Assembly: GCA_963845565.1 (NCBI GenBank)
Contig: CAWJSJ010000005.1
Coordinates: forward strand, 576,001-640,000
DNA length: 64,000 nucleotides
Direction: 5' to 3'
Source: an uncultured Methylomirabilota bacterium
Lineage (GTDB): Bacteria > Methylomirabilota > Methylomirabilia > Methylomirabilales > 2-02-FULL-66-22
Part shown: in pieces, positions 59,336-64,000 of the stretch
Layout: each line of letters starts with the position of its first letter
Position numbering within the stretch: position 1 is the first letter of the stretch
Position numbers and translations under genes: made by a program
Notes under the pieces: model-generated
Told to the model about the DNA's origin: nothing
What the model saw: only the letters and a program-made list of their open reading frames with translations
The model's database searches: none

Positions 59336-60908
59336 TTCCAGGACACGCCCTTGAGTCGTATCAGGCCGTCGGGCACGGCCTTGTAGCCCTTCAGGTTCTT
59401 CGGATAGGCCACGATGTAGTTCTGGTGGTAGAGGTAGAGCAGATTGCGGCGCTGCAGCACCATCTTGTCGATGGCCTCCTTGTAGAGGGCGATTCGCTGG
59501 CCCTGGTCGCTCACCTCGCGAGCCTTGTTCAGGAGGTCGTCGATGGGCTTGTCGCAGGCGCCGGTCGTGTTCAGGCTGCCGCCGCAGGTGTGGAACTGGT
59601 GGATGTTCCCGTCCGGATCCACCCGCCCGCTCCAGCCGACGACGAAGGCCTGCAGCTTGCCCGGAGTCGTCGTCCTTCAGCGCGGAGGCAAACTCCGTCG
59701 GGTCGGAGCGTGATGTTGAATCCAGCCTCCTGCGCCATCCCCTGGATGACCTCGCCGACGCGGCGCTGCTGCGGGTCGTTGATCGATCGTCAATTCGAAG
59801 CGTAGCCGCCCGGCCAGGCCGGCGTCGGCGAGCAGCTTCTTGGCCTTGGCCACGTCGCGGGTCGGGACACTTGCGGCCCTTGTCGTAGAAGGGGCTGACG
59901 GGCGAGATGGGGGTGCAGCCCGGCGTGTACTGGCCGTCCCACGCCACCTGGTTCAGCGCCTCGCGGTCGATGCTAAGATCGAGCGCCTCGCGCACGCGCG
60001 GATCGTTGGCCAGCGGCGTTCCCAGGTCGACCGGCGGCGTGATTCTTTCCGTTCTTGTTGTGGAGGTTGATGGTGATGCTCGTTGTAGTGGAGGCCGGTG
60101 ACGCTGGACAGGTCGAACCGGCCCTCCTTCTTCAGGCTGGCGGCGTCCGTCGGCGCCACCAGGTGCATCATGTCGATGTCGCCCGAGCGCAGATTGGCCA
60201 GTCGGACGTTGTCGTCCGCGATGATCCGGAACACGATCCGGTCGAACTTGGCCTGGCCCGGATCGAAGTAGTGCTCGGACTTCTCCAGGACGATGCGGTC
60301 CTGCGGCACGCGCTCCACGAACTTCCAGGGGCCCACGCAGATGGGCGCGGTGCCGAACTTGTCGTCCGAGCTTCTTGGCCTGGGTCGGCGAGACCGGCAT
60401 GCCCGCTCGATCGGCGAGGGTGGCCAGGATCGGGGAGAACGGCGCCTTCAAGCGCAGACGCACCGTCATGGGATCGACCACCTCGATGGCGGAGACTGAT
60501 TCCAGCTCGCTACGGCGTGCAGAGCCCTTCATGTTGAGGTGGCGGTCCAGGGAGTACCGGACCGCCTCGGCGTTCATGGGCGTACCGTCGTTGAATTTCA
60601 CGCCTGAGCGGAGCTTGATGGTCACGGTCTTGCCGCCGTCGGAGAAGGCCGGCAGCTCGGCGGCGAGCTGCGGAAAGATCCTCAGGTTCTCATCGAGCTC
60701 GTAGAGCTTCTCGCACATGTGCTCGTAGATGATCCGGCCCACGTAGGTGCGGGACAGGCGTCGGATCCAGGATGTCCGGGTCCTGGTTCAGCGCCACCAC
60801 CAGCGTCTTCTTCGGACTTTGGGCGTCGGCGGGGACGATCAAGAACGCCAGCACTGCGAAGAGTGCCAGCAGGATGTAACCCCCGCGCATCAATACCGTC
60901 TTCCGCAT
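59332..60908 (-). pseudogene. Family 5 peptide ABC substrate-binding protein, broken by several 1-nt indels (pseudogene or assembly artefact)
   Basis: Signal peptide and DPDILDP; PQLA, LRSGVKFNDG; GPWKF; LRSGDID; DPRVREAL; DPDG, spread across different frames. Confidence 0.8.
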
Positions 60909-61186
60909 TGCGTCCTCCTTGCCGCGCACCGGTCGGGTGTCTGCGGTTGAATAGGGGGCGATGGTCCGCTACGACGCGGCCACCGCATGGTGGTCCCGGA
61001 GATACGATCGACTGGGCGACAGCCCGCGCCGCCGCGAGAGTGCACGGTGGCTCCGCGGTGTCGGGCGCGGGGGAGATTCGCGCAGAAAGGGAAACGGTGT
61101 CAAGTCAAAACCACCCGAGTGGTCGTTCGGGCAAAGATCTTGACAGGAGCGGCGGCTGGACGTTAGGCTTCCGACAGGAGGACACT

Positions 61187-61594
61187 ATGACTATGAGTTC
61201 CGACCACGGGGTGCAACCGCGTTCAGGCAAGATCTTGGTGGTGGATGACGAGCGGTTGTTGCGCACCATGATGTGCGATGGCCTGGAGGCGATGGGCCAC
61301 ACCGTCACGGCGGCCGTCTCGGGGGCAGAGGCATTGCGATTGGCGAAGGCGGATCGGCCTGACTGCATCCTGCTCGACATCATGATGCCGGACCTGGACG
61401 GTTACGAGACGTGCGCGTCCTTTAAGGCAGACCCCCAACTGGCAGCCATTCCGATACTCCTGATCTCGGCAACCACCGACGTGCAGGTCGTCGATAAGGC
61501 CGAGCGGGCCGGCGCCACCGCAGTCTTGCCGAAACCCATTCCCATGGCAGAGCTTCAGCACGCCGTCACCCTCGCCCTCTCCTCCGCCGCCTAG
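61187..61594 (+). CDS. Single-domain response regulator
   Basis: ILVVDDE, ILLDIMMPDLDG, ISA, PKP; AGGAGG RBS. Confidence 0.92.
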   Translation: MTMSSDHGVQPRSGKILVVDDERLLRTMMCDGLEAMGHTVTAAVSGAEALRLAKADRPDCILLDIMMPDLDGYETCASFKADPQLAAIPILLISATTDVQVVDKAERAGATAVLPKPIPMAELQHAVTLALSSAA

Positions 61595-61770
61595 CACGAT
61601 GCGGAAACCCATTTTCGCCCAGGCTGCTCAAAAAGGTCCGGATGCAAGGCGGCGTCACCCATCCTTGTCGGATGGGTACCCGGCGTGGCGCGAGGCGTAC
61701 TTACGCGTACGTCGCAGCGCCGCGCGAGCGCGCCAACGCCGAAGACGGGCCTTTTTCAGCAGCCTGTTAG
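61592..61770. mobile_element. Family D MITE-like element, copy 2 (inverted)
   Basis: CAGGCTGCTCAAAAAGG...GAGGCGTAC...CTTTTTCAGCAGCCTGTTAG. Confidence 0.75.
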
Positions 61771-61780
61771 TCGACGCCGG

Positions 61781-62977
61781 ATGCCCATGGCGCCTGCCAG
61801 CCTGAGCCGACGCATCAAGACCCAGGGGGCCGCCCTGGGATTCGATCTGGTGGGAATCTCGCCTGCCCAGCCGCCCGCGCATGCCGATGCCTTCGCGGAG
61901 TGGCTGCGCCGGGCGTATCACGGGGAGATGGCCTACCTCACCCGGACGGCGGAGACGCGCCTCCATCCCGAAACGTTCCTGCCCTGGGCCCGGTCTGTCG
62001 TCTCGGTCGCGCTCAACTACAACACACTCCACATCTCTTACACGCGAGAGGAGGCAGCCGGATCGGGTCGCGGCTGGATATCCCGGTATGCGTGGGGGGC
62101 CGACTATCACGACGTGATGGGCGAGAAGCTGGAACGGCTGCTCGCCTTCGTGCGGGCGGAGACCGCGCAGGATGTGCAGGGGCGGGTCTTCGTGGACGCC
62201 GGGCCGGTCCTGGATCGGGAGGTCGGGGCCCGCGCCGGGATCGGGTGGTTTGGCAAGAACACCAACTTGCTGTCCATGCGGATCGGGTCGTTCTTCGTGC
62301 TGGGGGAACTATTCCTGGGGCTGGATCTGGACTGGGACCACCCGGTGCGCGACCGCTGCGGGCGATGCCGGCTGTGCCTGGATGCCTGTCCCACGAATGC
62401 CTTTGTCGGGCCGTACGTCCTGGACGCGCGGAAGTGCATCTCGTATCTCACCATCGAGTTGAAGGGGGCCATCCCGCACGCCTTGCGCCCACTGATGGAG
62501 GCCCACATCTTCGGGTGCGACATCTGCCAGGACGTGTGCCCCTACAACACGAAAGGTCGGGCGACGGGGGAGCCGGCTTTCCAGCCGCGCCCCGGGCTGG
62601 ATGCGCCGGAACTGATCCCGCTGCTTCGGCTGACCGACGCGGAATTCAAGGCCCGGTTCCGTGGGAGCCCGATTCTCCGAGCGAAGCGGCGTGGCTTCCT
62701 GCGGAATGTGTGCGTCGCCCTCGGGAATCTGGGGTTCGCCGCCGCCGTGCCGGCGCTGGCGCAGGCCCTGGTGGGGGATCCCGACGCGCTGGTTCGCGCG
62801 CACGCGGCGTGGGCCCTCGGGCGGATCGGTGGGGCCCAGGCGGAGGGAGTCCTGGGTGAGGCCGCGGGCCGCGAAGCCGATTCAGCCGTCCGCGAGGAGA
62901 TCGCGATGGCGCTGGACGAGATCGGCGCAGCCGGCATGCCGGCGCGACCGGACGCGCCGGATCGTCGGCCGGGCTGA
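61781..62977 (+). CDS. queG: Epoxyqueuosine reductase
   Basis: GFDLVG, HGEMAYL, ISRYAWGADYH, GKNT, CGRCRLCLDACPT, CISYLTIE, GCDICQDVCP, HEAT-like tail. Confidence 0.96.
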   Translation: MPMAPASLSRRIKTQGAALGFDLVGISPAQPPAHADAFAEWLRRAYHGEMAYLTRTAETRLHPETFLPWARSVVSVALNYNTLHISYTREEAAGSGRGWISRYAWGADYHDVMGEKLERLLAFVRAETAQDVQGRVFVDAGPVLDREVGARAGIGWFGKNTNLLSMRIGSFFVLGELFLGLDLDWDHPVRDRCGRCRLCLDACPTNAFVGPYVLDARKCISYLTIELKGAIPHALRPLMEAHIFGCDICQDVCPYNTKGRATGEPAFQPRPGLDAPELIPLLRLTDAEFKARFRGSPILRAKRRGFLRNVCVALGNLGFAAAVPALAQALVGDPDALVRAHAAWALGRIGGAQAEGVLGEAAGREADSAVREEIAMALDEIGAAGMPARPDAPDRRPG

Positions 62978-63015
62978 GCCGTTGTCAAAGAGTAAATGGA
63001 CAAGACGGCTCCTAA
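62975..63015. mobile_element. Internally deleted Family E mini-copy
   Basis: TGA-GCCGTTGTCAAAGA...ACGGCTCC-TAA retains both ends. Confidence 0.65.
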
Positions 63016-63171
63016 GAGGATGCTGAAATACACGCTTTCACTCAGGCTGCTCAAAAAGGCCTAGATGCAAGGCGGCGGGCCGACGGCCGAGCGAGGCGTA
63101 CTGGAGGTACGCCGCAGCGAGTGCCGAGGCGAGCCAACGCGGCAGATGGGCCTTTTTCAGCAGCTTGCTAA
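63013..63171. mobile_element. Family D MITE-like element, copy 3, abutting the Family E mini-copy
   Basis: TAA-GAGGATGCTGAAA...CAGGCTGCTCAAAAAGG...CTTTTTCAGCAGCTTG-CTA. Confidence 0.75.
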
Positions 63172-63450
63172 TCAGCCCTCGTGGGGTGGGGGCTGGGACT
63201 GGAGGAGTTGGTCGAGGCGCTCTTTCGCCTGCCGGGCGCGCTCGAGGTGCCGGCCGCAGATCTGGAGGATCTCATTTCGGAGCGTCGGTCGGAGGGTCAT
63301 GGCGAAACCAATGAGCCCCGTCAGCGCCTCGTCGATCGCCTGGACGGCGACCTCGATTTCTTTCCGTGCGGTGGGGTCCATGTCATCCTCCCGTTCGGGA
63401 TATTGATCGGGGATGGGGGGCGCCAGATGCTCACGCTCGTCGGTCGCCAT
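63172..63450 (-). CDS. Small helical hypothetical protein (alternative start at 63381 after GGAGG)
   Basis: MDPTARKEIEVAVQAIDEALTGL... amphipathic helices. Confidence 0.6.
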   Translation of the reverse strand: MATDEREHLAPPIPDQYPEREDDMDPTARKEIEVAVQAIDEALTGLIGFAMTLRPTLRNEILQICGRHLERARQAKERLDQLLQSQPPPHEG

Positions 63451-63623
63451 GCCGCGCATTTCGGCCGACCGCCTGGGTTTTCCCGTGACAAGGTTCGTGC
63501 CCGCCACTATATTCCTTCCGGGCGGTGTAGAGGAATCCTATCATAAGAGGCACCGGCGGAGCAGGCGGAGTGGTCTCGCGGACCGGTGGCCGGCCGCGGG
63601 GGCTTCTTTGGTGAGGTGAGGAA

Positions 63624-64000
63624 ATGCCGGACATCAAGATCCACACACAGAGGACGCAGGAGATGGTGGACATCACCGCGCAGGTCACTGAGGTGGTGCG
63701 CCAGGCGGGGGTGCGGAGCGGCCTCTGCATGGTGTACGTTCCCCACGCCACCGCGGCGGTCGTCATCAACGAGAATGCCGACCCGAACGTGTGCCAGGAC
63801 ATCCTGGATGCGCTGGGGCGGATGGTTCCCGAGGGCGCCTGGCGGCATGACCGGGTGGACAACAACGCCGCGGCCCACATCAAGGCCACGATCCTCGGTC
63901 CCAGCGAGACGGTGCCGGTCCGGGACGGCAGCCTGCAGCTCGGGACCTGGCAAAGTCTGATGCTGGTGGAATTCGACGGTCCCCGGGAGCGGACCCTGAT
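63624..64000 (+). CDS. yjbQ: YjbQ/UPF0047 family protein (3' truncated by window)
   Basis: VDIT, PHATAAVVINENADP, NAAAHIKA, LGTWQ, EFDGPR. Confidence 0.93.
   Translation, partial: MPDIKIHTQRTQEMVDITAQVTEVVRQAGVRSGLCMVYVPHATAAVVINENADPNVCQDILDALGRMVPEGAWRHDRVDNNAAAHIKATILGPSETVPVRDGSLQLGTWQSLMLVEFDGPRERTL

Noticed and set aside
41168..61108. Shared CGGTGTCAAGTCAA at about 41168 and 61095
   Set aside because: There are only two copies, and it contains a reverse-strand TTGACA, so a -35 box or chance cannot be excluded.

Overview
High-GC bacterial chromosome segment from a diderm organism (lpxC and a PEP-CTERM gene are present). The gene order suggests Methylomirabilota/NC10 or a deltaproteobacteria-like lineage, which is inference only. 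Most of it is core genome: rsmE end, hybrid kinase, a stand-alone PolA-type 5'-3' exonuclease, coaE, rho-rpmE, prfA-prmC-murA-hisGDCBHAF-DUF355-hisIE, rpsU-yqeY-mutS2-dnaG-rpoD-tRNA(CAU), Zn-ribbon-rnhA-DUF721, lpxC-ntrY-ntrX-like, mutM-polX, ggt-DUF1028, a frameshifted peptide ABC transporter, queG and yjbQ. About 16.7 kb of accessory DNA follows the tRNA: a RelE-type TA pair, an ACP-FabH-MBOAT-SGNH-like cassette, PilZ, REC-PAS, azlCD, a second S21 plus an RRM protein, a PEP-CTERM gene and methyltransferases. The most notable unannotated signals are: (1) a His-rich short ORF (..HLDAHHHPTAGGHHH*) heading the prfA-to-his operon, a candidate histidine attenuator; (2) the carrier protein/KAS III/MBOAT/SGNH-like trans-envelope acylation cassette; (3) three families of inverted 7-8 nt tandem-repeat hairpin elements, one inserted in frame in hisF and prmC; (4) two MITE-like families that mostly start at stop codons; (5) sigma54 promoters with enhancer-like sites upstream of lpxC, the DUF4382 operon and the PEP-CTERM gene. 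No CRISPR array, rRNA, integrase or transposase was seen. All calls come from reading motifs by eye, with no database searches.
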